DNA from: Eledone cirrhosa
Taxonomy: Eukaryota
Assembly: GCA_964016885.1 (NCBI GenBank)
Contig: OZ024740.1
Span: 252,030,001-252,094,000 of the forward strand
Length of the DNA: 64,000 nucleotides
Direction of reading: 5' to 3'
The notes under the pieces were generated by a model. It was not told the origin of the DNA, ran no database searches, and saw nothing but the letters and a program-made list of their open reading frames with translations. The stretch's first letter is position 1; each line of letters starts with the position of its first letter. Below are positions 37,401-51,200 of this stretch, one piece after another. A program made the translations under genes and the position numbers.

Positions 37401-39235
37401 TCTCCCCTTGATTTTTTTTTACAAATTATCTCCCCCTGATTTTTTTTTTACAAATTATCTCCCCCTGATTTTTTTACAAATTATCTCCCCCTGATTTTTT
37501 TTACAAATTATCTCCCCCTGATTTTTTTTACAAATTATCTCCCCCTGATTTTTTTTTTACAAATTATCTCCCCCTGATTTTTTTAAAAATTATCTTCCCT
37601 TGGCTGGCGGGAAATTATCTCCCCTTGGACGGCTGGAAATTATCTCCCCTTGGAAGGATGTAAATTATCTCCCCTTGGACGGCTGGAAATTATCTCCCCT
37701 TGCACGGCTGGAAATTATCTCCCCTTGATTTTTTTTACAAATTATCTCCCCCTGATTTTTTTTTACAAATTATCTCCCCCTGATTTTTTTTACAAATTAT
37801 CTCCCCCTGATTTTTTTTACAAATTATCTCCCCCTGATTTTTAAAAAAAAAATTATCTCCACTTCGCTGGCTGGAAATTATCTCCCCTTGGACGCTGGAA
37901 ATTATAGCCCCTTGGAGGGCTGGAAATTATCTTCCCTTGGACGGCTGGAAATTATCTTCCCTTGGACGGCTGGAAATTATCTCCCCTTGATTTATTTTAC
38001 AAATTATCTCCCCCTGATTTTTTTTTACAAATTATCTCCCCCTGATTTTTTTTTACAAATTATCTCCCCCTGATTTTTTTTTTACAAATTATCTCCGCTT
38101 GATTTTTTAAAAAAAATTATCTCCCCTTGGACGGCTGGAAATTATCTCCCCTTGGACGGCTGGAAATTATCTCCCCTTGGACGGCTAGAAATTATCTCTC
38201 CTTGGACGGCTGAAAATTATCTCCCCTTGGACGGCTGCAAATTATCTCCCCTTGATTTTTTTTACAAATTATCTCCCCCTGATTTTTTTTTACAAATTAT
38301 CTCCCCCTGATTTTTTTTACAAATTATCTACCCCTGATTTTTTTTACAAATTATCTCCCCCTGATTTTTTTTTACAAATTATCTCCCTCTGATTTTTTTT
38401 ACAAATTATCTCCCCCTGATTTTTTTTTTACAAATTATCTCCCCCTGATTTTTTTAAAAATTATCTCCCCCTGATTTTTTTACAATCTCCGCCTGATTTT
38501 TTTAAAAATTATCTTCCCTTGGCTGGCGGGAAATTATCTCCCCTTGGACGGCTGGAAATTATCTCCCCTTGGAAGGATGGAAATTATCTCCCCTTGGATG
38601 GCTGGAAATTATCTCCCCTTGCACGGCTGGAAATTATCTCCCCTTGGCTGGAAATTATCTCCCCTTGGACGGCTAGAAATTATCTCTCTTTGGACGGCTG
38701 GAAATTATCTCCCTTTGATTTTTTTTACAAATTATCTCCCTCTGATATTTTTTACAAATCTCCCCCTGATTTTTAAAAAAAAATTATCTCCCCTTCGCTG
38801 GCTGGAAATTATCTCCCCTTGGACACTGGAAATTAGAGCCCCTTGGAGGGCTGGAAATTATCTTCCCTTGGACGGCTGGAAATTATCTCCCCTTGATTTT
38901 TTTTACAAATTATCTCCGCCTGATTTTTTTTTAAAATTATCTCTCCTTGGACGGCTGGAAATTATCTCCCCTTGATTTTTTTTACAAATTATCTCCCCCT
39001 GATTTTTTTTTACAAATTATCTCCCCCTGATTTTTTTTTACAAATTATCTACCCCTGATTTTTTTTACAAATTATCTCCCCCTGATTTTTTTTACAAATT
39101 ATCTCCCCCTGATTTTTCTTTTACAAATTATCTCCCCCTGATTTTTTTACAAATTATCTCCCCCTGATTTTTTTTACAAATTATCTCCGCCTGATTTTTT
39201 TAAATATTATCTTCCCTTGGCTGGCGGGAAATTAT
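30660..39235 (+). repeat. Satellite domain B: runs of 26-30-bp T-tract monomer AAATTATCTCCCCCTGA(T7-11)AC interleaved with runs of 25-bp variant monomer GAAATTATCTCCCCTTGGACGGCTG; no AT-rich foldback elements
   Basis: Directly visible. The 13-bp core AAATTATCTCCCC is shared with domain A, and GGCCGG is replaced by GGACGG throughout. Confidence 0.97.
30660..39235 (+). repeat. Internal higher-order repeats of domain B: ~5.1-kb duplication and ~0.6-1.0-kb recurring modules
   Basis: ORF pairs 32550/37650, 32788/37888 and 33419/38519 (offset 5100), and 31961/37089 (5128). The marker TTCGCTGGCTGG..GGACRCTGGAAATTA(T/G)AGCCCC recurs near 31120, 31695, 32762, 33694, 34402, 36008, 36824, 37863 and 38794. 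Confidence 0.88.
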
Positions 39236-42200
39236 CTCCCATTTGACGACTGGAATTTATCTCCCCTTGGCCGGCTGGATATTATCTCCCCTTGGCCGAC
39301 TGGAAATTATCTCCCCTTAGTCGGCTGGAAATTATCTCCCCTCGGCTGTCTGGAAATTATCTCCCATTTGACGACTGGAATTTATCTCCCCTTTGCCGGC
39401 TGGATATTATCTCCCCTTGGCCGACTGGAAATTATCTCCCCTTAGTCGGCTGGAAATTATCTCCCCTTGGCCGGCCCGAAATTATCTCCCCTAAAGTAAA
39501 TTAAATTAAATTAAATTAAATTAAATTAAAAAACGAAACGAAACCGGTATACCTAAAAAAACAAACGAGAAGAAACCGGGAAACCTAAAAAATCGAACGA
39601 AACGAAATTATCTCCCCTTGGCCTGCTGGAAATTATCTCTCCTTGGCCGGCTGAAAATTATCTCCCCTTGGCTAGCTGGAAATTATCTCCCCTTGGCCGG
39701 CTGAAAATTATCTCCCTTTGGCCGGCTGGATACTATCTCCCCTTGGTCAGCTAGAAATTATCTCCCCTTGGCCGGCTGGAAATTATCTCCCCTTGGCCGG
39801 CTGGAAATTATCTCCTCTTCGCCGGCTGGAAATTATCTCGCCTTGGCCGGCTGGAAATTATCTCCTCTAAATTAAATTAAATTAAATTAAATTAAATTAA
39901 ATTAAATCAAATTAATTAAATTAATTAATTAATTAATTTTATTTTTTTTATTCTAATTATTTTTATTTTTTTTATTAATTACGTTATTAATTAATTAATT
40001 AATTATGTTAATTGATTTTATTTCAATCCAATGAAATTTAATTTAATTTAATTTAATATAATTTAATTTAATTTAATTTAATTTTATTTTATTTAAAAAA
40101 CGAAACGAAACCGGGGTACCAAAAAAACGAACGAAAAGAAACCGGGGAACCTAAAAAATCGAACGAAATGAAATTATCTCCCCTTGGCTTGCTGTAAATT
40201 ATCTCAACTCGGCCGGCTGGATACTATCTCCCCTTGCCCGGCTGGAAATTATCTCCCTTTAGCCGGCTGGAAATTATCTGCCCTTGGCCGGCTGGATAAT
40301 ATCTCCCCTTGGCCGGCTGGAAATTATGTTCTCTTGGCCGGCTGGAAATTATCTCCCCTTGGCCGGCTGGAAATTATCTCCCCTTGGCCGGCTGGAAATT
40401 ATCTCCCCTTGGCCGGCTGGATATTATCTGCCCTTGGCCGGCTGGATGTTATCTCCCCTTGGCCAGCTAGAAATTATCTCCCTTTGGCCGGCTGGAAATT
40501 ATCTTCTCTTGGCCGGCTGGAAATTATCTCCCTTTGGCCGGCTGGATATTATCTCCCCTTGGTCGGCTGGATATGATCTCCCCTTGGCCGGCTGGAAATT
40601 ATCTCCCCTTGGCCGTTGGAAATTATCTCCCCTTGGCCGGCTGGAAATTATCTCCCCTTGGCCGTCTGGAAATTATCGCCCCTTGGCCGGCTGGATGTTA
40701 TGTCTCCTTGGCCGGCTGGATATTATCTCCCCTTGGCCGGCAGGAAATTATATCCCCTTGGCCGGCTGGAAATAATCTTCCCTTGGCCGGCCGGAAATTA
40801 TCTCCCTTTGGCCGGCTGGATATTATCTCCCCTTGGCTGGCTTGAAATTATCTCCCCTTGGCCGGCTGGATATTATCTCCCCTCGGCCGGCTGGAAATTA
40901 TCTCCCCTTGGCCGTCTGGAATTTATCTCCCCTTGGCCGGCGGGATATTATCTCCGCTTGGCCGGCTGGATATTATTTCCCCTTGGCCGACTGGAAATTA
41001 TCTCCGCTTGGGCGGCGGGATATTATCTCCCCTTGGCCGGCTGGAAGTCATCTCCCCTTGGCCGGCTGGAAATTATCTCGCCTTGGCCGACTGGAATTTA
41101 GCTCCCCTTGGCCGGCTGGAAATATACTCCCCTTGGCCGGCTGGAAATATATTCCCCTTGGCCGGCTGGAAATTATCTCCTCTTGGCCGGCTGGATATTA
41201 TCTCCCCTTGGCCGGCTGGATATTATCTCCCCTCGGCCGGCTGGAAATTATCTCCCCTTGGCCGGCTGGAATTTATCTCCCCTTGGCCGGCTGGATTTTA
41301 TACCCCGTTGGCCGGCTGGTAATAATCTCCCCTTGCCCGGCTCGAAAATATCTCCCCTAAATTAAATTAAATTAAATTAAATCTAATTAATTAAATTAAT
41401 TAATTATATTTTTTTTATTTTATTTATTTTTATTTTTTTTTATTAATTACGTTATTAATTAATTAATTATGTAAATTGATTTTATTTCAATTTAATGTTA
41501 TTTCATTTCATTTAATTTAATTTAATTTAATTTAATTTAATTTACTTTAAATCAATTTAATTTAATCTAATTTAATTTAAGTTAATTTTATTTTATTTTA
41601 TTTCAAAAACGAAACGAAACCCGTGTACCTAAAAAAACAAACGAAAAGAAACCGGGGAACCTAAAAAATCGAACGAAACGAAATTATCTCCCCTTGGCCT
41701 GCTGGAAATTATCTTCCCTTGGCCGGCTTGATATTATCTCCCCTTGGCAGGCTGGAAATTATCTCCCCTTGGCCGACTGGAAATTATCTCTCCTTGGGCG
41801 GCGGGATATTATCTCCCCTTGGCCGGCTGGAAGTTATCTCCCCTTGGCCAGCTGGAAATTATCTCGCCTTGGCCGGCTGGAATTTAGCTCTCCTTGGCCG
41901 GCTGGAAATATACTCCCCTTGGCCGGCTGGAAATATACTCCCCTTGGCCGGCTGGAAATTATCTCCTCTTGGCCGGCTGGATATTATCTCCCCTTGGCTG
42001 CTGGATATTATCTCCCCTTGGCCAGCTGGAAATTATCTCCACTTGGCCGGCTGCAAATTATCTCCTCTTGGCCAGCTGGAAATTATCTCCCCTAAATTAA
42101 ATTAAATTAAATCAAATTAATTAAATTAATTAATTAATTGATTATATTTTTTTTATTTTATTTATTTTAATTTTTTTTTAATTACGTTATTAATTAATTA

Positions 42201-45200
42201 ATTAATTATGTAAATTGATTTTATTTTAATTTAATTTAATTTAATTTAATTTAATTTACTTTAATTCAATTTAATTTAATTTTATTTAATTTTATTTTAT
42301 TTTATTTAAAAAACGAAACGAAACCGGGGCACCTAAAAAAATAAACGAAAAGAAACCGGGGAACCTAAAAAATCGAACGAAATGAAATTATCTCCCCTTG
42401 GCTTGCTGGAAATTATCTCAACTCGACCGGCTGGATACTATCTCCCCTTGGCCGGCTGGAAATTATCTCCCCTTAGCCGGCTGGAAATTATCTCCCATTG
42501 GCCGGCTGGATATTATCTCCCCTTGGCCGGCTGGATGTTATCTCCCCTTGGCCAGCTAGAAATTATCTCCACTTGGCCGGCTGGAAATTATCTTCTCTTG
42601 GCCGGCTGGAAATTATCTCCCTTTGGCCGGCTGCATATTATCTCCCCTTGGCCGGCTGGATATGATCTCCCCTTGGCCGGCTGGAAATTATCTCCCCTTG
42701 GCAGGTTGGAAATTATCTCCCCTTGGCCGGCTGGAAATTATCTCCCCTTGGCCGGCTGGAAATAATCTCCCCTTGGCCGGCCGCAAATTATCTCCCTTTG
42801 GCCGGCTGGATATTATCTCCGCTTGGCCGGCTGGAAATTATCTCCCCTTGGCTTGCTGGAAATTATCTCAACTCGGCCGGCTGGATACTATCTCCCCTTG
42901 GCCGGCTGGATATTATCTCCCCTTAGCCGGCTGGAATTTATCTCCCCTTGGCCGGCTGGATATTATCTCCACTTGGTCGGCTGGAAATTCTCTTCTCTTG
43001 GCCGGCTGGAAATTATCTCGCCTTGGCCGGCTGGAAATTATCTCCCCTTGGCCGGCTGGATATTATCTCCCCTTGGCCAGCTAGAAATTATCTCCCCTTG
43101 GCCGGCTGGAAATTATCTTCTCTAGGCCGGCTGGAAATTATATCCCTTTGGCCAGCTGGAAGTTATCTCCCCTTGGCTGGCTGGATATTATCTCCCATTG
43201 GCCCACTGGAAATTATCTCCCCTTAACCGGCTGGAAATTATCTCCCCTTGACCGGCACGAAATTATCTCCCCTAAAGTAAATTAAATCAAATTAATTAAA
43301 TTAATTAATTAATTATTTATATTTTTTTTATTTTATTTATTTTATTTTTTTTATTAATTACGTTATTAATTAATTAATTAATTATGTAAATTGATTTTAT
43401 TTCAATTTAATGTAATTTAATTTAATTTAATTTAATTTACTTTAATTCAATTTAATTTAATTCAATTTAATTTAATTTAATTTTATTTTATTTTATTTCA
43501 TTTAAAAAACGAAACGAAACCGGTATACCTAAAAAAACAAACGAAAAGAAACCGGGGAACCTAAAAAATCGAACGAAACGAAATTATCTCCCCTTGGCCT
43601 GCTGGAAATTATCTCCCCTTGGCCGGCTGGAAATTATCTCCCCTTGGCCGGCTCGAAATTATCTCCCATTAGCTGGCTGGAAATTATCTCCCCTTGGCCG
43701 GCTGGAAATTATCTCCCCTTGGCCGTCTGGAAATCATCGCCCCTTGGCCGGCTGGATTTATGTCCCCTTGGCCGGCTGGATATTATCTCCCCTTGGCCAG
43801 CTGGAAATTATCTCCACTTGGCCGGCTGCAAATTATCTCCTCTTGGCCAGCTGGAAATTATCTCCCCTAAATTAAATGAAATTAAATTAAATTAAATCAA
43901 ATTAATTAATTTAATTAATTAATTAATTTTATTTTTTTTATTCTAATTATTTTTATTTTTTTTTATTAATTACTTAATTAATTATGTTAATTGATTTTAT
44001 TTCAATCCAATGTAATTTAATTTAATTTAATTTAATTTTATTTTATTTTATTTTATTTAAAAAACGAAATAAAATCGCGGTACCTAAAAAAACAAACGAA
44101 ACGAAATTATCTCCCCTTGGTCTGCTGGAAATTTTCTCCCCTTGGCCGGCTGGATATTATCTCCCCTTGGCCGACTGCAAATTATCTTCTCTTGGCCGGC
44201 TGGAAATTATCTCCCTTTGGCCGGCTGGAAATTATCTCCCCTTGGCCGGCTGGAAATTATCTCCCATTGGCTGGCTGGAAATTATCATCCCTAGGCCGGC
44301 TGGGAATTAACTCCACTTGGCTGGCTAGAAACTATCTTCCCTTGGCCGGCTGGATATTATCTCCCCTTGGCCGGCTAGAAATAATCTCCCCTTAGCCGGC
44401 TCGAAATTATCTCCCCTAAATTAAATTAAATTAAATTAAATTAAATCAAATTAATTAAATTAATTAATTAATTAATTTTATTTTTTTTATTCTAATTATT
44501 TTTATTTTTTTTATTAATTACGTTATTAATTAATTAATTAATTATGTTAATTGATTTTATTTCAATCCAATGTAATTTAATTTAATTTAATTTAATTTAA
44601 TTTTATTTTATTTTATTTTATTTTATTTTATTTTATTTAAAAAACGAAACGAAACCGGGGTACCTAAAAAAACGAACGAAAAGAAACCGGGGAACCTAAA
44701 AAATCGAACGAAATGAAATTATCTACCCTTGGCTTGCTGGAAATTATCTCAACTCGGCCGGCTGGATACTATCTCCCCTTGGCCGGCTGGAAATTATCTC
44801 CCCTTAGCCGGCTGGAAATTATCTCCCCTTGGCCGGCTGGATAATATCTCCCCTTGGCCGGCTGGAAATTATGTTCTCTCGGCCGGCTGGAAATTATCTC
44901 CCCTTGGCCGGCTGGAAATTATCTCCCCTTGGCCGGCTGGATATTATCTCCCCTTGGCCGGCTGGATGTTATCTCCCCTTGGCCAGCTAGAAATTATCTC
45001 CCCTTGGCCGGCTGGAAATTATCTTCCCTTGGCCGGCTGGAAATTATCTCACTTTGGCCGGCTGGATATTATCTCCCCTTGGCCGGCTGGATGTTATGTC
45101 CCCTTGGCCGGCTGGATATTATCTCCCCTTGGCCGGCAGGAAATTATATCCCCTTGGCCGGCTGGAATTTATCTCCCCTTGGCCGGCTGGAATTTATCTC

Positions 45201-48200
45201 CCCTTGGTCGGCTGGAATTTATATCCCCTTGCCCGGCTCGAAAATATCTCCCCTAAATTAAATTAAATTAAATTAAATTAAATCAAATTAATTAAATTAA
45301 TTAATTAATTAATTATATTTTTTTTATTTTATCTATTTTTTTTTTTTTTGATTACGTTATTAATTAATTAATTAATTATGTAAATTGATTTTATTTCAAT
45401 TTAATGTAATTTAATTTAATTTAATTTAATTTACTTTAATTCAATTCAATTTAATTTAATTTAATTTAATGTAATTTACTTTAATTCAATTTAATTTAAT
45501 TTAATTTAATTTAATTTAATTTAATTTTATTTTATTTCATTTAAAAAACGAAACGAAACCGGTGTGCCTAAAAAAACAAAAGAAAAGAAACCGGGGTACC
45601 TAAAAAATCAAACGAAACGAAATTATCTCCCCTTGGCCTGCTGGATATTATCTCCCCTTGGCCAGCTGGAAATAATCTCCCCTTGGCCGGCTGGAAATTA
45701 TGTCCCCTTGGCCGGCTCGAAATTATCTCCCCTAAATTAAATTAAATTAAATTAAATTAAATTAAATCAAATTAATTAAATTAATTAATTAATTAATTTT
45801 ATTTTTTTATTCTAATTATTTTTATTTTTTTTATTAATTACGTTATTAATTAATAAATTAATTATGTTAATTGATTTTATTTCAATCCAATGTAATTTAA
45901 TTTAATTTAATTTTATTTTATTTTATTTTATATTATTTTATATTATTTTATATAAAAAACGAAACAAAACCGAGGTGCCTAAAAAAACAAACGAAAAGAA
46001 ACCGGGGAACCTAAAAAATCAAACGAAACGAAATTATCTCCCCTTGGCCGGCTGGATATTATCTCCCCTTGGCCGACTGCAAATTATCTTCTCTAGGCCG
46101 GCTGGAAATTATCTCCCCTTGGCCGGCTGGAAATTATCTCCCATTGGCTGGCTGGAAATTATCACCCCTAGGCCGGCTGGGAATTAACTCCACTTGGCTG
46201 GCTAGAAACTATCTTCCTTTGGCCGGCTGGATATTATCTCCCCTTGGCCGGCTGGAAATAATCTCCCCTTGGCCGGCTGGAAATTATGTCCCCTTAGCCG
46301 GCTCGAAATTATCTCCCCTAAATTAAATTAAATTAAATCAAATTAATTAAATTAATTAATTAATTTTATTTTTTTTATTCTAATCATTTTTATTTTTTTT
46401 ATTAATTACGTTATTAATTAATTAATTAATTATGTTAATTGATTTTATTTCAATCCAATGTAATTTAATTTAATTTAATTTAATTTAATTTAATTTAATT
46501 TTATTTTATTTTATTTAAAAAACGAAACGAAACCGGGGTACCTAAAAAAACGAACGAAAAGAAACCGGGGTACCTAAAAAAACGAACGAAAAGAAACCGG
46601 GGAACCTAAAAAATCGAACGAAATGAAATTATCTCCCCTTGGCTTGCTGGAAATTATCTCAACTCGGCCGGCTGGATACTATCTCCCCTTGGCCGGCTGG
46701 AAATTATCTCCCCTTGGCCGGCTGGATAATATCTCCCCTTGGCCGGCTGGAAATTATGTTCTCTTGGCCGGCTGGAAATTATCTCCCCTTGGCCGGCTGG
46801 AAATTATCTCCCCTTGGCCGGGTGGATATTATCTCCCCTTGGCCGGCTGGCTGTTATCTCCCCTTGGCCAGCTAGAAATTATCTCCCCTTGGCCGGCTGG
46901 AAATTATCTTCTCTTGGCCGGCTGGAAATTATCTCCCTTTGGCCGGCTGGATATTATCTCCCCTTGGCCGACTGGATATTATCTCCCCTTGGCCGGCTGG
47001 AAATAATCTCCCCTTGGCCGGCTGGAAATTATGTCCCCTTAGCCGGCTCGAAATTATCTCCCCTAAATTAAATTAAATTAATTAAATTAAATTAAATCAA
47101 ATTAATTAAATTAATTAATTAATTAATTTTATTTTTTTTATTCTAATCATTTTTTTTTTTTTTATTAATTACGTTATTAATTAATTAATTAATTATGTTA
47201 ATTGATTTTATTTCAATCCAATGTAATTTAATTTAATTTAATTTAATTTTATTTTATTTTATTTTATTTTATTTAAAAAACGAAACGAAACCGGGGTACC
47301 TAAAAAAACGAACGAAAAGAAACCGGGGAACCTAAAAAATCGAACGAAATTAAATTATCTCCCCTTGGCTTGCTGGAAATTATCTCAACTCGGCCGGCTG
47401 GATACTATCTCCCCTTGGCCGGCTGGAAATTATCTCCCCATGGCCGGCTGGAAATTATGTCCCCTTGGCCGGGTGGATATTATCTCCCCTTGGCCGGCTG
47501 GATGTTATCTCTCCTTGGCCAGCTAGAAATTATCTCCCCTTGGCCGGCTGGAAATTATCTTCTCTTGGCCGGCTGGAAATGATCTCCCTTTGGCCGGCTG
47601 GATATTATCTCCCCTTGGCCGGCTGGATATGATCTCCCCTTGGCCGGCTGGAAATTATCTCCCCTTGGCCGGTTGGAAATTATCTCCCCTTGGCCGGCTG
47701 TAAATTATCTCCCCTTGGCCGGCTGGAAATTATCGCCCCTTGGCCGGCTGGATGTTATGTCCCCTTGGCCGGCTCGATGATATTTCCCGTTGGCCAGCAG
47801 GAAATTATATCCCCTTGGCCGGCTGGAAATAATCTCCCCTTGGCCGGCCGGAAATTATCTCCCTTTGGCCGGCTTGATATTATCTCCCCTTGGCCGGCTG
47901 GAATTTATCTCCCCTTGGCCGGCTGGAATTTATATCCCTTTGCCCGGCTCGAAAATATCTCCCCTAAATTAAATTAAATTAAATTAAATTAAATCAAATT
48001 AATTAAATTAATTAATTAATTCATTTTATTTTTTTTTATTAATTACGTTATTAATTAATTAATTATGTTAATTGATTTTATTTCAATCCAATGTAATTTA
48101 ATTTAATTTAATTTAATTTAAATTTATTTTATTTTATTTTATTTTATTTAAAAAACGAAACAAAACCGTGTTACCTAAAAAAACAAACGAAAAGAAACTG

Positions 48201-51200
48201 GGGAACCTAAAAAATCAAACGAAACGAAATTATCTCCCCTTGGTCTGCTGGAAATTATCTCCCCTTGGCCGGCTGGATATTATCTCCCCTTGGCCGACTG
48301 CAAATTATCTTCTCTTGGCCGGCTGGAAATTATCTCCCTTTGGCCGGCTGGAAATTATCTCCCCTTGGCCGGCTGGAAATTAGCTCCCATTGGCTGGCTG
48401 GAAATTATCACCCCTAGGCCGGCTGGGAATTAACTCCACTTAGCTGGCTAGAAACTATCTTCCCTTGGCCGGCTGGATATTATCTCCCCTTGGCCGGCTG
48501 GAAATAATCTCCCCTTGGCCGGCTGGAAATTATGTCCCCTTAGCCGGCTCGAAATTATCTCCCCTAAATTAAATTAAATTAATTAAATTAAATTAAATTA
48601 AATCAAATTAATTAAATTAATTAATTAATTAATTTTATTTTTTTTATTCTAATCATTTTTATTTTTTTTATTAATTACGTTATTAAATAATTAATTAATT
48701 ATGTTAATTGATTTTATTTCAATCCAATGTAATTTAATTTAATTTAATTTAATTTAATTTAATTTAATTTAATTTTATTTTATTTTATTTAAAAAACGAA
48801 ACGAAACCGGGGTACCTAAAAAAACGAACGAAAAGAAACCGGGGAACCTAAAAAATCGAACGAAATGAAATTATCTCCCCTTGGCTTGATGGAAATTATC
48901 TCAACTCGGCCGGCTGGATACTATCTCCCCTTGGCCGGCTGGAAATTATCTCCCCTTAGCCGGCTGGAAATTATCTCCCCTTGGCCGGCTGGATAATATC
49001 TCCCCTTGGCCGGCTGGAAATTATCTTCTCTTGGCCGGCTGGAAATTATCTCCCTTTGGCCGGCTGGATATTATCTCCCCTTGGCAGGCTGGATATGATC
49101 TCCGCTTGGCCGGCTGGAAATTATCTCCCCTTGGCCGGTTGGAAATTATCTCCCCTTGGCCGGCTGGAAATTATCTCCCCTTGGCCGGCTGGAAATTATA
49201 GCCCCTTGGCCGGCTGGATGTTATGTCCCCTTGGCCGGCTGGATATTATCTCCCCTTGGCCGGCAGGAAATTATATCCCCTTGGCCGGCTGGAAATAATC
49301 TCCCCTTGGCCGGCCGGAAATTATCTCCCTTTGGCCGGCTTGATATTATCTCCCCTCGGCCGGCTGGAAATTATCTCCCCTTGGCCGGCTGGAATTTATC
49401 TCCCCTTGGCCGGCTGGAATTTATATCCCTTTGCCCGGCTCGAAAATATCTCCCCTAAATTAAATTAAATTAAATTAAATTAAATCAAATTAATTAAATT
49501 AATTAATTAATTCATTTTATTTTTTTTATTCTAATTATTTTTATTTTTTTTTATTAATTACGTTATTAATTAATTATGTTAATTGATTTTATTTGAATCC
49601 AATGTAATTTAATTTAATTTAATTTAATTTAATTTAATTTAATTTTATTTTATTTTATTTAAAAAACGAAACAAAACCGTGTTACCTAAAAAAACAAACG
49701 AAAAGAAACTGGGGAACCTAAAAAATCAAACGAAAAGAAACTGGGGAACCTAAAAAATCAAACGAAACGAAATTATCTCCCCTTGGTCTGCTGGAAATTA
49801 TCTCCCCTTGGCCGGCTGGATATTATCTCCCCTTGGCCGACTGCAAATGATCTTCTCTTGGCCGGCTGGAAATTATCTCCCTTTGGCCGGCTGGAAATTA
49901 TCTCCCCTTGGCCGGCTGGAAATTATCTCCCATTGGCTGGCTGGAAATTATCACCCCTAGGCCGGCTGGAAATTAACTTCACTTGGCTGGCTAGAAACTA
50001 TCTTCCCTTGGCCGGCTGGATATTATCTCCCCTTGGCTGGCTGGAAATAATCTCCCCTTGGCCGGCTGGAAATTATGTCCCCTTAGCCGGCTCGAAATTA
50101 TCTCCCCTAAATTAAATTAGATTAATTAAATTAAATTAAATTAAATCAAATTAATTAAATTAATTAATTAATTAATTTTATTTTTTTTATTCTAATCATT
50201 TTTATTTTTTTATATTAATTACGTTATTAATTAATTAATTAATTATGTTAATTGATTTTATTTCAATCCAATGTAATTTAATTTAATTTAATTTAATTTA
50301 ATTTAATTTAATTTTGTTTTATTTTATTTTATTTTATTTAAAAAACGAAACGAAACCGTGGTACCTAAAAAAACGAACGCAAAGAAACCGGGGAACCTAA
50401 AAAATCGAACGAAATGAAATTATCTCCCCTTGGCTTGCTGGAAATTATCTCAACTCGGCCGGCTGGATACTATCTCGGCTTGGCCGGCTGGATATTATCT
50501 CCCCTTGGCCGGCTGGATGTTATCTCCCCATGGCCAGCTAGAAATTATCTCCCCTTGGCCGGCTGGAAATTATCTTCTCTTGGCCGGCTGGAAATTATCT
50601 CCCTTTGGCCGGCTGGATATTATCTCCCCTTGGTCGGCTGGATATGATCTCCCCTTGGCCGGCTGGAAATTATCTCCCCTTGGCCGTTGGAAATTATCTC
50701 CCCTTGGCCGGCTGGAAATTATCTCCCCTTGGCCGTCTGGAAATTATCGCCCCTTGGCCGGCTGGATGTTATGTCTCCTTGGCCGGCTGGATATTATCTC
50801 CCCTTGGCCGGCAGGAAATTATATCCCCTTGGCCGGCTGGAAATAATCTTCCCTTGGCCGGCCGGAAATTATCTCCCTTTGGCCGGCTGGATATTATCTC
50901 CCCTTGGCTGGCTTGAAATTATCTCCCCTTGGCCGGCTGGATATTATCTCCCCTCGGCCGGCTGGAAATTATCTCCCCTTGGCCGTCTGGAATTTATCTC
51001 CCCTTGGCCGGCGGGATATTATCTCCGCTTGGCCGGCTGGATATTATTTCCCCTTGGCCGACTGGAAATTATCTCCGCTTGGGCGGCGGGATATTATCTC
51101 CCCTTGGCCGGCTGGAAGTCATCTCCCCTTGGCCGGCTGGAAATTATCTCGCCTTGGCCGACTGGAATTTAGCTCCCCTTGGCCGGCTGGAAATATACTC

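Noticed and set aside
30660-39235. Rho-independent or Pol III terminators at the T-tracts; tandem small-RNA genes
   Set aside because: No GC stem precedes the T-runs, and no tRNA, 5S, snRNA or spliced-leader-like sequence or A/B box is recognisable.
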